DNA of 64,000 nt, from the sequence record OL615012; one strand, 5' to 3'. This DNA is from Shigella phage vB_SboM_Phaginator. The notes under the pieces were generated by a model. That model had not been told where the DNA came from. It ran no database searches and worked only from the letters and a program-made list of their open reading frames with translations. Shown in pieces: positions 1 to 7,777 of the stretch (position 1 is its first letter; each line of letters begins with the position of its first letter). A program made the position numbers and the translations under genes.

Positions 1-391
1 TTTCAATGAACGTGTACCATATCCCAGATAATATTGCTGCTGTAAAAATATTAACAAGTATGGTTAAAATAATCCAATCTCCCGTTCTGTCTACTGGACT
101 TTCTCCAAAGAAGCAAAATACAAATGATGTCACAGGAAAACTAATAATATACCACAGAATCATAATCTTATCTGTGAACCAATCAGTGTTCGTTAATTTA
201 GCGCGACCATTATGAATACACACGAATTTATCATCTGTTGCAGTAGATGGCTTAACTGGTTGATATCCCATTCTAAACTCCCTAATCAGCAAATTTTTCA
301 TATCTTCGGAACAGCCATTCCAGTCAACTCTATCAACTGGAATGCCATCATCCCCATCATCTAAATCATACCAGCGAGTTTTTAAAATCAT
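1..391 (-). CDS. hypothetical membrane protein, 5' part only (gene continues beyond window start)
   Basis: Open frame from ATG at 391..389 to window edge; ATG overlaps stop of upstream ORF (ATGA); hydrophobic segments in translation. Confidence 0.4.
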   Translation of the reverse strand, partial: MILKTRWYDLDDGDDGIPVDRVDWNGCSEDMKNLLIREFRMGYQPVKPSTATDDKFVCIHNGRAKLTNTDWFTDKIMILWYIISFPVTSFVFCFFGESPVDRTGDWIILTILVNIFTAAILSGIWYTFIE

Positions 392-750
392 TTAATTTTC
401 CTACAATCACTCACAAACTCTTCCATTGATTCTTTTTCAATATAAGACATGTAGCTATTATATTCTTTTAATTGTATTTTGTAATCTTTTTTTCTTTGCC
501 AATTTATTTTAAAATTATCATAATGAAAATATAACATGATACCAAAGAATGAAAATAATGAAATAATTTTAGTATAGTGAAGTTCACTCCAAACTTCTAT
601 TATATTTACTGTGCCGTCAATGTTTAAAATAAGACAGTCAATTAACAATCCAAAAAGACTACCCGCAAGAGCTGCAGCCAACGCCACAGCAAAAATTAAA
701 AATGACTCAGAAAGCGAATATTTGACTTTATTTAGTTTTGGCTTTTGCAT
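388..750 (-). CDS. hypothetical small membrane protein
   Basis: 120-aa ORF, ATG start; two hydrophobic helices (LIFAVALAAALAGSLFGLLI, IISLFSFFGIMLYF). Confidence 0.5.
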   Translation of the reverse strand: MQKPKLNKVKYSLSESFLIFAVALAAALAGSLFGLLIDCLILNIDGTVNIIEVWSELHYTKIISLFSFFGIMLYFHYDNFKINWQRKKDYKIQLKEYNSYMSYIEKESMEEFVSDCRKIK

Positions 751-1124
751 CGTGATTCCTTAACAAATTTCATAATTTCATCAAATTCATACGCAGCAAG
801 TTTAAGCTGGTGTTCCTTTTTAATCTTTTCACACTGTGCTTTCCAATCACGTACGCGTTTACGATAATGTCTTCCTTGATACCAGTATCCTACCCAATTT
901 ACAGGTACTAATAAAAGTGGAACTATTAATGGAAGAATTAGCATTAATACCAGTATTTCGCCAGAATCAATATCAGTCATAACATCTAAAACACCTCCAA
1001 TAATCAATAGAATTACAAATGATATGAGTATAACAGGACCTATTAATACATCAGTAGAAATTATCTGACGCTTTAATTCATACTTTAAGGGTTTACTTGG
1101 AAGATACATTGATGGCTTTGACAT
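732..1124 (-). CDS. hypothetical membrane protein
   Basis: 130-aa ORF, ATG start; long hydrophobic core (VLIGPVILISFVILLIIGGVL, LVLMLILPLIVPLLLVPV). Confidence 0.5.
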   Translation of the reverse strand: MSKPSMYLPSKPLKYELKRQIISTDVLIGPVILISFVILLIIGGVLDVMTDIDSGEILVLMLILPLIVPLLLVPVNWVGYWYQGRHYRKRVRDWKAQCEKIKKEHQLKLAAYEFDEIMKFVKESRCKSQN

Positions 1125-1701
1125 ATTCTCTGCATTCCTTCACAAATTTTTCTAGTAATAAATCGCTTTCAAAATTGGGATTTTCTACGAATTTATCAAA
1201 AAGATCATCAACAATAGTTAAGATATTCTTTTTACTAAGAATACGCTTATTTTCATGCTTAGTTTCAGAATCAACTATAAGAGTAAAGAAATATTTCTTG
1301 TCCCGAAATTTTACAGTAGTATCAATATAGAATAAATTTGACTTTTGTAAATTACGTTTAAACCATGCATCACTTAAACTATAAACGCCGAGATAATCAT
1401 AATCGTCGTTTAAATAACAAACCGTCCATTCAGGAGAAACAAAATCAGTAAATTCAACGTCAAAATCGCATGTTAATAAATGAATTGATTCAATGCTGTT
1501 AATAAGTATTCCAGGACGTATTAAAGACTTTTTACCTCTAGAAAATCTTCCAGAAAGACTTTCATCAGTTTCATATGAAGAACCCCAATAATAATTACGC
1601 CCTTCTGCCATACGTTTAAGAGCATTTAATAATTGGTCTGGAACATCAACTTGTCTTTGGAACTCTTCAAACATTGAATTGAAATCACTTTGCATTTTCA
1701 T
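1093..1701 (-). CDS. hypothetical protein
   Basis: 202-aa ORF with ATG start; no family recognised by eye. Confidence 0.5.
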   Translation of the reverse strand: MKMQSDFNSMFEEFQRQVDVPDQLLNALKRMAEGRNYYWGSSYETDESLSGRFSRGKKSLIRPGILINSIESIHLLTCDFDVEFTDFVSPEWTVCYLNDDYDYLGVYSLSDAWFKRNLQKSNLFYIDTTVKFRDKKYFFTLIVDSETKHENKRILSKKNILTIVDDLFDKFVENPNFESDLLLEKFVKECREYVKAINVSSK

Positions 1702-1722
1702 TCCTACTTACTCCAAGTAATA

Positions 1723-1736
1723 GGGGCCGAAGCCCC
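1723..1736. other. GC stem-loop GGGGCCGAAGCCCC (intergenic hairpin)
   Basis: Perfect 5-bp stem with CGAA loop between two minus-strand ORFs; same 14-mer recurs at 43083 and 63814. Confidence 0.4.
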
Positions 1737-1742
1737 TTATCA

Positions 1743-2336
1743 TTATTTCAGAGAATTAATATATTCCTGAACATCGGCAGAGGTAGTTTCAACCCCAGAA
1801 ATATTGCCATTAAAGGTTTCAACTCGGGCAAGAGTATCTTCAATATCAACCTTAGTCAGTGCTGCAATTTCAACTACATCATCGGCAGTACTAATTCCAA
1901 GGGCATTTGCCGCACGAGTTTCACGAATATATTCCAATTTAACTGCAAGTTCTTGGCGAGCATCATCTAACTCAACTACTTTCTTGGCGATTTCAATTCG
2001 CATTTCAGCATAACCGTCAGCTTTAGTAGTCAACTGCTCAGCTGTTCGGCGATATAGTAAACCGAGTTTAGCATGCATTGTTACATCTTGACCTTCGGAA
2101 AGAAGTTTTCGAATTTCACGCTCTTTTGATTCGGCCTGTCGATTCTTTTCGATAACAAGTTCACGAATACGTTTTTCTTCATTAATAGATTTAATAGAAG
2201 CAGTTTTTAGATCTTTAATTTTATCAAGTAGTTTTGCTGCTGCAGCAGTATACTGTTCTTCAACAGATAGATTTTTAGCCATAGCAGAACCAAGTTTAGT
2301 GCGAATAAACTCAACAATTTTCTTCAGTGTGTTCAT
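1743..2336 (-). CDS. hypothetical coiled-coil protein
   Basis: 197-aa ORF, ATG start; charged, Ala/Glu/Lys-rich sequence typical of coiled coil. Confidence 0.55.
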   Translation of the reverse strand: MNTLKKIVEFIRTKLGSAMAKNLSVEEQYTAAAAKLLDKIKDLKTASIKSINEEKRIRELVIEKNRQAESKEREIRKLLSEGQDVTMHAKLGLLYRRTAEQLTTKADGYAEMRIEIAKKVVELDDARQELAVKLEYIRETRAANALGISTADDVVEIAALTKVDIEDTLARVETFNGNISGVETTSADVQEYINSLK

Positions 2337-2393
2337 AGTATTTCCTTAGATTGATACAATTAGATAATATCACGTTTTTAATAGATTGTAAAC

Positions 2394-2729
2394 TTATTCT
2401 TCGTCTATCTCATCGATAAAGACGTCAATGGCCTCGATAACGGCATCATTGATAGCCAATAAAGTAAAATCATCGTCAGTACCTTTATAAGATTCTGAAG
2501 CATTGATATATGCTTGATTGACGAGTTCCCAAGCCTTTTTAAAATAAGGAGTTTCATCATCAGGACAAATATCCCGCACACCTTCAAAGATACGATTGGC
2601 ATAATCTAACACCCATTGTACAGGCATGTTTTGAGAACGTTCGTTAAACTCTTTAAATTCCTTAGATTCAAAAAGCTCTTCAGGATAATAATTTCGATTA
2701 CAAAAAGCTTTACTAAAGTTACGTTTCAT
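2394..2729 (-). CDS. hypothetical acidic protein
   Basis: 111-aa ORF; AGGAG upstream of ATG; acidic C-terminus (IDEIDEE). Confidence 0.55.
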   Translation of the reverse strand: MKRNFSKAFCNRNYYPEELFESKEFKEFNERSQNMPVQWVLDYANRIFEGVRDICPDDETPYFKKAWELVNQAYINASESYKGTDDDFTLLAINDAVIEAIDVFIDEIDEE

Positions 2730-2784
2730 AATGTTCTCCTCAAGCTACAGGCTCATAATATCTCAATCATGAGCCTGTGTAAAC

Positions 2785-3048
2785 TTATTTCATATTATTG
2801 AAATATTCTTCTGCGATTTCGTCGTTATCATGGTAAACTTTAGAAGACAGTTTAACATAACCTTCAGCAGTGAACATGTTAATCACAACTTTTACAGTAT
2901 ACCACTGACCGTCTTCATTACCCATTACTGCGTAAGTTTCAAACATCGGATGGTCAGGACCGATAACTTTAATATCATTCACTGTACGACCGAAATCTTC
3001 TGAAACGCATTTCATAAAGAAGTTGAACAGTTCGCCGTAATTATCCAT
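2785..3048 (-). CDS. hypothetical protein
   Basis: ORF track frame 2785..3060 begins with TTG; preferred ATG at 3048 preceded by GGAG. Confidence 0.5.
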   Translation of the reverse strand: MDNYGELFNFFMKCVSEDFGRTVNDIKVIGPDHPMFETYAVMGNEDGQWYTVKVVINMFTAEGYVKLSSKVYHDNDEIAEEYFNNMK

Positions 3049-3091
3049 TTCATTCTCCAAGTTGTTTTCTGTATCAGTAGTTGATAGTTGT

Positions 3092-3121
3092 ATAGTACCA
3101 TGGAAGAACAGGGATGTAAAC
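3092..3121 (-). promoter_or_regulatory. putative T4-type early promoter (GTTTACA-N17-TACTAT)
   Basis: Minus-strand -35 GTTTACA (3115-3121) and -10 TACTAT (3092-3097) with 17-bp spacer, upstream of ORF 2785..3048. Confidence 0.35.
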
Positions 3122-3253
3122 AGTTTTGTGAAAAAATTTTTAAAAAGTTTTGGGGAATTCTAGGGCGGGAGGGGCAATTAAAAGATAGGATAATATATTA
3201 TAAAGGGTAGAAACTAAATGATGTCTAGAGAGGCCTGGAAAGGCCTAGATACC

Positions 3254-3278
3254 AAAAAGCCCTATCATTTAGATAGGG
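3254..3278 (-). terminator. rho-independent terminator downstream of ipIII-like gene
   Basis: 7-bp stem CCCTATC/GATAGGG with 5-nt loop, followed on minus strand by U5. Confidence 0.5.
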
Positions 3279-3288
3279 ATTTAAAATT

Positions 3289-3855
3289 TTATTTACCCAG
3301 TTTAGTTATTATAGCTTCGGCAGCAGCTTTTAGCTTAGATGCAGTGTTAATACGATTTTTAATTTCAGTATACGCATCGCCAAGAACATCAAGGCTATCT
3401 GAATAAACACTTACACTATTGCGTTCGCTATTTGAAATAGAACCTTTAGTTTTACGATCAAAATCGGTATACACGTCTTGAAGATCGCGTGCTGCCTTCT
3501 TTGCATCATCCAATGCATCAAGAGCTTTATTCAAAGCATTAACATATTTTTTAGTGTCAAACATATTCTTAGAAATTTTGACGGGTGCGCGTTCAGGAGT
3601 AGCTAAGGCAGATTTAGGAAGAACCTGTTTGCCAGATGCCAGTTTCTTAGAAATTTTAAAAAACGCTTTATTGAAATTATTTTCTTGACTCATCGTAAAA
3701 GAACTATTATCAATGTTATACATTTCAATAGCTTTAGCTTTCCACTTAAGAAAATCGCCACGGTCTTTTGGATCCAAGTGGAAGAATACTTTAGTAAGAT
3801 CTGCTTCAGATGGTAATTTTGCTGCTTCGGTTAAAAATTCGGCGTAGGTTTTCAT
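3289..3855 (-). CDS. ipIII: internal head protein, IPIII-like (capsid-targeting sequence MKTYAEFLTE)
   Basis: 188 aa; N-terminus matches T4 internal-protein capsid-targeting sequence with L-x-E protease site. Confidence 0.65.
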   Translation of the reverse strand: MKTYAEFLTEAAKLPSEADLTKVFFHLDPKDRGDFLKWKAKAIEMYNIDNSSFTMSQENNFNKAFFKISKKLASGKQVLPKSALATPERAPVKISKNMFDTKKYVNALNKALDALDDAKKAARDLQDVYTDFDRKTKGSISNSERNSVSVYSDSLDVLGDAYTEIKNRINTASKLKAAAEAIITKLGK

Positions 3856-3938
3856 TTAAAATCCTTGAAATAATTTATTGGTTATTAATTATTTATCACG
3901 TTGTTATATGTAACAGCATTCTCCGAGCGATTCAAACT

Positions 3939-3965
3939 AAAAAGCCCCAACCTTTCTGTCGGGGC
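3939..3965 (-). terminator. rho-independent terminator after internal protein gene
   Basis: Minus-strand RNA GCCCCGAC-AGAAAG-GUUGGGGC followed by U5. Confidence 0.6.
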
Positions 3966-3972
3966 TAAAATG

Positions 3973-4446
3973 TTATTTAATTTGCTTAGCAGACCAAATG
4001 CGGTCTTTGATAATTTTTTGGATGTCTTCAACATATTCAAGAGAGTGAACATGTGGGTTATCTTTGAAACTATAAGCACGAGCTAGCTTTTGGCCTTCGG
4101 TTTTGATTACTAAAAGCTCTTTAAGGATAGCTTCATATTTGGAGATAATTCCTTTAACAATATTTTTCTCTTGTGCGACTTTAGGATCTGCTTTAGGAGC
4201 AGGTTTACCTGAAGCCTTTGCAAAAGCAGCTCCAGTAGCAACTAAACTTTTCCAGGCCATACTAACTGCATTCCCTGTAAATCCTTCCGCTTTCATATCG
4301 CGAGCAAATTGGAATCGTGATTCATCGGAAGCATCTTTATAGGAATATTTACCCGCGGCAATGGCAGCTTTTGCAACAGCTTGAATTTCGGTGCTAGATG
4401 CTTCATTTAACACCGCTTCATTTAAAAATTGAGCATATGATTTCAT
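3973..4446 (-). CDS. internal head protein (capsid-targeting sequence MKSYAQFLNE), ipII position
   Basis: 157 aa; N-terminal MK(T/S)Y-x-F-x-E motif with L-N-E cleavage site; late promoter upstream, terminator downstream. Confidence 0.6.
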   Translation of the reverse strand: MKSYAQFLNEAVLNEASSTEIQAVAKAAIAAGKYSYKDASDESRFQFARDMKAEGFTGNAVSMAWKSLVATGAAFAKASGKPAPKADPKVAQEKNIVKGIISKYEAILKELLVIKTEGQKLARAYSFKDNPHVHSLEYVEDIQKIIKDRIWSAKQIK

Positions 4447-4482
4447 CTTATTTCCTGTTTTAATTCGTGGTTTTAATATACT

Positions 4483-4490
4483 TATTTATA
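4483..4490 (-). promoter_or_regulatory. T4 late promoter box TATAAATA
   Basis: Exact TATAAATA on minus strand about 37 bp upstream of the ATG at 4446. Confidence 0.5.
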
Positions 4491-4492
4491 CT

Positions 4493-4519
4493 AAAAAGCC
4501 CCAACCTTTCGGTCGGGGC
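4493..4519 (-). terminator. rho-independent terminator at end of tRNA/stable-RNA operon
   Basis: Near-identical copy of the hairpin at 3939-3965 (one mismatch), followed by U5 on minus strand. Confidence 0.6.
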
Positions 4520-4523
4520 TAAG

Positions 4524-4836
4524 CCTTGCGGCAACCTTGTCGGGGTTCCACCTGCTAAGGCAAGTGTTTGTACGAAACGCCGGGATTCGAACCCGGTTAT
4601 TAAGCAGTTGACGCTACTCAATATTTTTAAAAGGCCATATCTCGACCATATCCGAACGTTCCGTCAAAAACGCTACTCGGTTTACGGCAAAGATATTTCC
4701 TCGAATCGATAATTCGATGCGCCGTTTCTGCTGTGATGTAAGGGGGCATTAACCGATCGTAAAGATTTGTTAATGCCAGTCCTTACCCAGGGAACATCAG
4801 TCCGACGACTTGCCGGTAGCGACCCGGCTTCTTGTC
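4524..4836 (-). ncRNA. structured non-coding RNA region downstream of tRNA-Arg (possibly T4 RNA C / RNA D-like stable RNAs)
   Basis: About 310 nt between tRNA-Arg and terminator; no ORF; several hairpins and a T-arm-like motif CCGGGUUCGAAUCCCGG (4580-4596) but no full cloverleaf. Confidence 0.3.
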
Positions 4837-4912
4837 TGGTCGAGGCAGTAGGGATCGAACCTACGACCTAGGACTTAGAAGGTCCTTGCTCTTCCTTCTG
4901 AGCTATGCCTCG
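4837..4912 (-). tRNA. tRNA-Arg (anticodon UCU)
   Basis: Cloverleaf on reverse complement: D-arm GCUCAGAAGGAAGAGC, anticodon loop CUUCUAA, T-arm GGUUCGAUCC, encoded CCA. Confidence 0.85.
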
Positions 4913-4916
4913 TATT

Positions 4917-4991
4917 TGGCGGACGTGATAGGATTCGAACCTATAACCAATCGCTTAACAGGCGATCGCTCTGCCATTGAGCTACACATCC
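4917..4991 (-). tRNA. tRNA-Asn (anticodon GUU)
   Basis: Reverse complement GGAUGUGUAGCUCAAUGG...; anticodon loop CUGUUAA; T-arm GGUUCGAAUCC; encoded CCA. Confidence 0.8.
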
Positions 4992-4995
4992 AAAT

Positions 4996-5082
4996 TGGTG
5001 GGGAGTGATGGAGTCGAACCACCCGAGTCGCAATGACAATGGATTTACAGTCCACACCGCTACCTCTACGGGATAACTCCCC
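4996..5082 (-). tRNA. tRNA-Tyr (anticodon GUA), long variable arm
   Basis: 87 nt; anticodon loop CUGUAAA; long variable arm; T-arm GGUUCGACUCC; encoded CCA. Confidence 0.75.
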
Positions 5083-5094
5083 TAATTCATAATT

Positions 5095-5169
5095 TGGTGG
5101 CCCTGGGTGGAATTGAACCACCATCTGGCGATTATGAGTCGCTTGCTTGAACCTTCCAGCTACAGGGCC
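5095..5169 (-). tRNA. tRNA with anticodon CAU (Ile as in T4, or Met)
   Basis: Anticodon loop CUCAUAA; T-arm GGUUCAAUUCC; encoded CCA; Ile assignment by analogy with T4 tRNA-Ile. Confidence 0.7.
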
Positions 5170-5170
5170 T

Positions 5171-5246
5171 TGGTGCTGATTGACGGAATCGAACCGCCGA
5201 CCTTCTCATTACAAGTGAGTTGCTCTACCTACTGAGCTAAATCAGC
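5171..5246 (-). tRNA. tRNA-Thr (anticodon UGU)
   Basis: D-arm GCUCAGUAGGUAGAGC; anticodon loop CUUGUAA; T-arm GGUUCGAUUCC; encoded CCA. Confidence 0.85.
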
Positions 5247-5251
5247 AAAAC

Positions 5252-5341
5252 TGGCGGAGGCGATAGGATTTGAACCTATGAGTCGCCGGAGCGACTGCCG
5301 GTTTTCAAGACCGGTGCATTAAACCACTCTGCCACGCCTCC
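5252..5341 (-). tRNA. tRNA-Ser (anticodon UGA), long variable arm
   Basis: 90 nt; GGAGGCGUGGCAGAGUGG...; anticodon loop CUUGAAA; long variable arm; T-arm GGUUCAAAUCC; CCA. Confidence 0.85.
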
Positions 5342-5347
5342 AAATAT

Positions 5348-5956
5348 TTATATATTGTTAATTTGATTTAGAATTCTTTTTGCTTGAGTATGACTTACGC
5401 CAATATGCTTAGCATATTTAGACAATTCGCCACGTTTAGAAAAATCATATAATTTAGAAATTTCTATTCTTCTTTTTCTTTCATCCGCAGAAACTTTTGC
5501 TTCGTTTGCTTTTGCTATTTTACGTTTAGCTTCTTGAGAATGAGTTTTACCAGCAAAGCCATTCTTCATTAATCCATTTGAAGACCATCCTTTTAATTTT
5601 CCGTTAGAATGTGCCTTTTTAACACCCAATGAAATTAATTCGCGTTGCTGATCTGTCATAGGATAATTATTTATATGATCCCATCCACCTTCACCTCCAA
5701 GTTTTAAATTATACACATCTGGTCTATTTAAAAACTCTTCTGTGACAATATTTTTCTCGGCTTCAAGCATAGATTCTTTATCGTCAAAATACTCTAATAT
5801 TTCTTTAGAAAAATTTTCTATACCATATTTATCTTGGGCTCTTTTTAATAATTTACCAGAACCCATATATCCATCATCTAAATTTTCGGTAGAATGCACA
5901 CCAATATAAATTTTATTATTAATTTTATTTGTTATTTTATAAAGATAAAAATGCAT
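5348..5956 (-). CDS. segB: GIY-YIG homing endonuclease, SegB-like, embedded in tRNA operon
   Basis: GIY-YIG motifs (FYLYKI...KIYIGVHS, YMGSG); track ORF 5348..5998, preferred ATG at 5956 preceded by AGGGA. Confidence 0.8.
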   Translation of the reverse strand: MHFYLYKITNKINNKIYIGVHSTENLDDGYMGSGKLLKRAQDKYGIENFSKEILEYFDDKESMLEAEKNIVTEEFLNRPDVYNLKLGGEGGWDHINNYPMTDQQRELISLGVKKAHSNGKLKGWSSNGLMKNGFAGKTHSQEAKRKIAKANEAKVSADERKRRIEISKLYDFSKRGELSKYAKHIGVSHTQAKRILNQINNI

Positions 5957-6002
5957 ATCAGTCCCTAATAAAGAACTGAGCGTCTCACGACGAGTCATAA
6001 AT

Positions 6003-6076
<74 letters not shown>

Positions 6077-6081
6077 AAATT

Positions 6082-6170
6082 TGGTGCGAGAAGTGGGACT
6101 CGAACCCACAAGGAAATCATTCCGCAGCATTTTAAGTGCTGTGCCTTTACCAATTTGACCATTCTCGCGC
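6082..6170 (-). tRNA. tRNA-Leu (anticodon UAA)
   Basis: 89 nt; anticodon loop CUUAAAA; long variable arm; T-arm GGUUCGAGUCC; CCA. Confidence 0.9.
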
Positions 6171-6242
6171 TGGGAATAAAGGACTCGAACCTTTGCATCC
6201 TGGAATCAAAATCCAGTGCCTTACCAACTTGGCTAATTCCCA
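6171..6242 (-). tRNA. tRNA-Gln (anticodon UUG)
   Basis: Anticodon loop UUUUGAU; T-arm GGUUCGAGUCC; directly abuts tRNA-Leu; 3' CCA not obviously encoded. Confidence 0.8.
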
Positions 6243-6328
6243 ATTATTAACAAAGGCTCTCAAGCAAGAACCCTTGATGATAGAGGGTATTAATCAGTGC
6301 GGTATGAGTTAATAATAACAAATAATTC

Positions 6329-6844
6329 TTAAAGCAAATTAAACATTTTAACAGTCGGCAAAACAATTTCTTTTTCTATATAAGAGTATTTAACACTCTC
6401 AACTACACGCAAAAAATCATAATCATAATACTCAGAAGCACTGCCTAAAATATTAATAAGTCCTTCAAGCACTTTATTACCATTCACAAAGAATAAGTCA
6501 AATACACGTTCTTCGTCTTCTTCGGATTTATTACCAAGGTCAACTTCTATGTCAAAGACCTTTTTAATGAATTCTGGATAAAGTTGTTCTGAGAACAGTC
6601 CTTCAACCAAGTATTCATAAATAAAAAGCGATTGCTCGCTGAACAAGCCATTACCACAATAACGTTCAGCTTTAGTACTAGAATGTCTGCTTTTAAACTT
6701 CTTTAAAAGATATTGGAATTGTAAGATTTCATGCTCTTCTACGCCAAACAGTGTTTTAGTTTTATAGTTGTCACCATCATTTTCCCAGGTAGTGACATCA
6801 ATTACGTAACCCTGTGGAATTGTAGTACCTAAACAAATATTCAT
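6329..6844 (-). CDS. hypothetical protein
   Basis: 171-aa ORF, ATG start; internal duplicated GLFSEQ motif; no family recognised. Confidence 0.5.
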   Translation of the reverse strand: MNICLGTTIPQGYVIDVTTWENDGDNYKTKTLFGVEEHEILQFQYLLKKFKSRHSSTKAERYCGNGLFSEQSLFIYEYLVEGLFSEQLYPEFIKKVFDIEVDLGNKSEEDEERVFDLFFVNGNKVLEGLINILGSASEYYDYDFLRVVESVKYSYIEKEIVLPTVKMFNLL

Positions 6845-6847
6845 TTT

Positions 6848-7138
6848 TCACCACGCTGCATTAATATACGTTTTCTGAATACATTCAAGACCCAAAGGAT
6901 TCTTGAAAATATCATATTCAAGAGGACCTTTTTCTGTTTCAATAAAGAAATCAAAATTTACTGTATTAAATTTATGGTCTTCCTTCACTAATTTAACTTG
7001 AGAAGATGAACGGTCAACATAAACCTTTTCAACTTCAAAACATGTTAAAACACCATAATCATCAATCAAGGCTTTAGCCGCGTCTTGATCATATTTATAT
7101 CCATTTTCAATTGATGATACTTTAGCATAAAGAATCAT
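6848..7138 (-). CDS. hypothetical protein
   Basis: 96-aa ORF, ATG start, 3-bp gap from neighbours. Confidence 0.5.
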   Translation of the reverse strand: MILYAKVSSIENGYKYDQDAAKALIDDYGVLTCFEVEKVYVDRSSSQVKLVKEDHKFNTVNFDFFIETEKGPLEYDIFKNPLGLECIQKTYINAAW

Positions 7139-7141
7139 TAT

Positions 7142-7522
7142 TTACCCTTCATCAACAATAGTATGAGTGTGGGCATTTACAATTTGCCACCAATCAAAGC
7201 GATTAGAACCATACATTGGTTTGTTCTCATTTTCTTTGATAAGGTCACGGAGTTCATCTTCGGTAGCGGCTTTCGCGATTAAATCAGCATATCCACCGCG
7301 AGGATAATAATTATCACCTGCAAAAAGTAAAAAGTTTGCTTTAATATTATTAAACTTTTCAAGAGTAATAACTGTTCCACCAGGTTGAACAATCTCTACA
7401 TATTTATATCCTAATTTTTGAGCAGCATCTACTGCTTCAAGCAGGGTATCATGAGCCCATCCAACTTGGCAATCTGGCTTTTCAGATGGATTAGCCTGAT
7501 AATCCGCGTACACTTTATACAT
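7142..7522 (-). CDS. hypothetical protein
   Basis: Track frame 7142..7531 starts with GTG; preferred ATG at 7522 preceded by AAGGTG. Confidence 0.5.
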   Translation of the reverse strand: MYKVYADYQANPSEKPDCQVGWAHDTLLEAVDAAQKLGYKYVEIVQPGGTVITLEKFNNIKANFLLFAGDNYYPRGGYADLIAKAATEDELRDLIKENENKPMYGSNRFDWWQIVNAHTHTIVDEG

Positions 7523-7523
7523 T

Positions 7524-7709
7524 CTATTCACCTTTAGAAATTTTATCCATAACGATAGCGATTAAACCAATTAAAAATGCTACTACAAGCGAAAACACAT
7601 TTTCTGCTGTAGTTAATAATCCGCATATAAATCCAACAAACATTGAAAAACTAAAAGCGGAAGCAGAAATTGCAATAGCAACATTTCGAATTAATTCACA
7701 GCGTTTCAT
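7524..7709 (-). CDS. hypothetical small membrane protein
   Basis: Track frame 7524..7766 starts with TTG; ATG at 7709 preceded by GGAG; hydrophobic helices. Confidence 0.45.
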   Translation of the reverse strand: MKRCELIRNVAIAISASAFSFSMFVGFICGLLTTAENVFSLVVAFLIGLIAIVMDKISKGE

Positions 7710-7777
7710 TTTATTCTCCAATTTCACATTTGCTTTGATAGAACTACTATAACATAGTTCTATCAAGTTGTAAACTA

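Noticed and set aside
6-215. Plus-strand ORF 6..215
   Set aside because: Antisense to the partial minus-strand membrane-protein gene that shows coupling to its upstream neighbour; no ribosome-binding site.
4563-4653. Possible CCA-less tRNA (for example the missing tRNA-Pro) around the T-arm motif at 4580-4596
   Set aside because: The acceptor pairing would span about 91 nt with no foldable D-arm or anticodon arm; retained only as part of the ncRNA region.
3901-4712. Plus-strand ORFs 3901..4086 and 4467..4712 sharing the peptide KSPNLSVGAK
   Set aside because: The shared peptide is the translation of the duplicated terminator hairpin; both ORFs are antisense to minus-strand genes or tRNAs and lack ribosome-binding sites.
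6243-6275. MotA-box-like TGCTTGA followed by TAATAAT immediately upstream of tRNA-Gln
   Set aside because: The -10-like element abuts the mature tRNA 5' end, so a start site would fall inside the tRNA; the box also deviates from the consensus.
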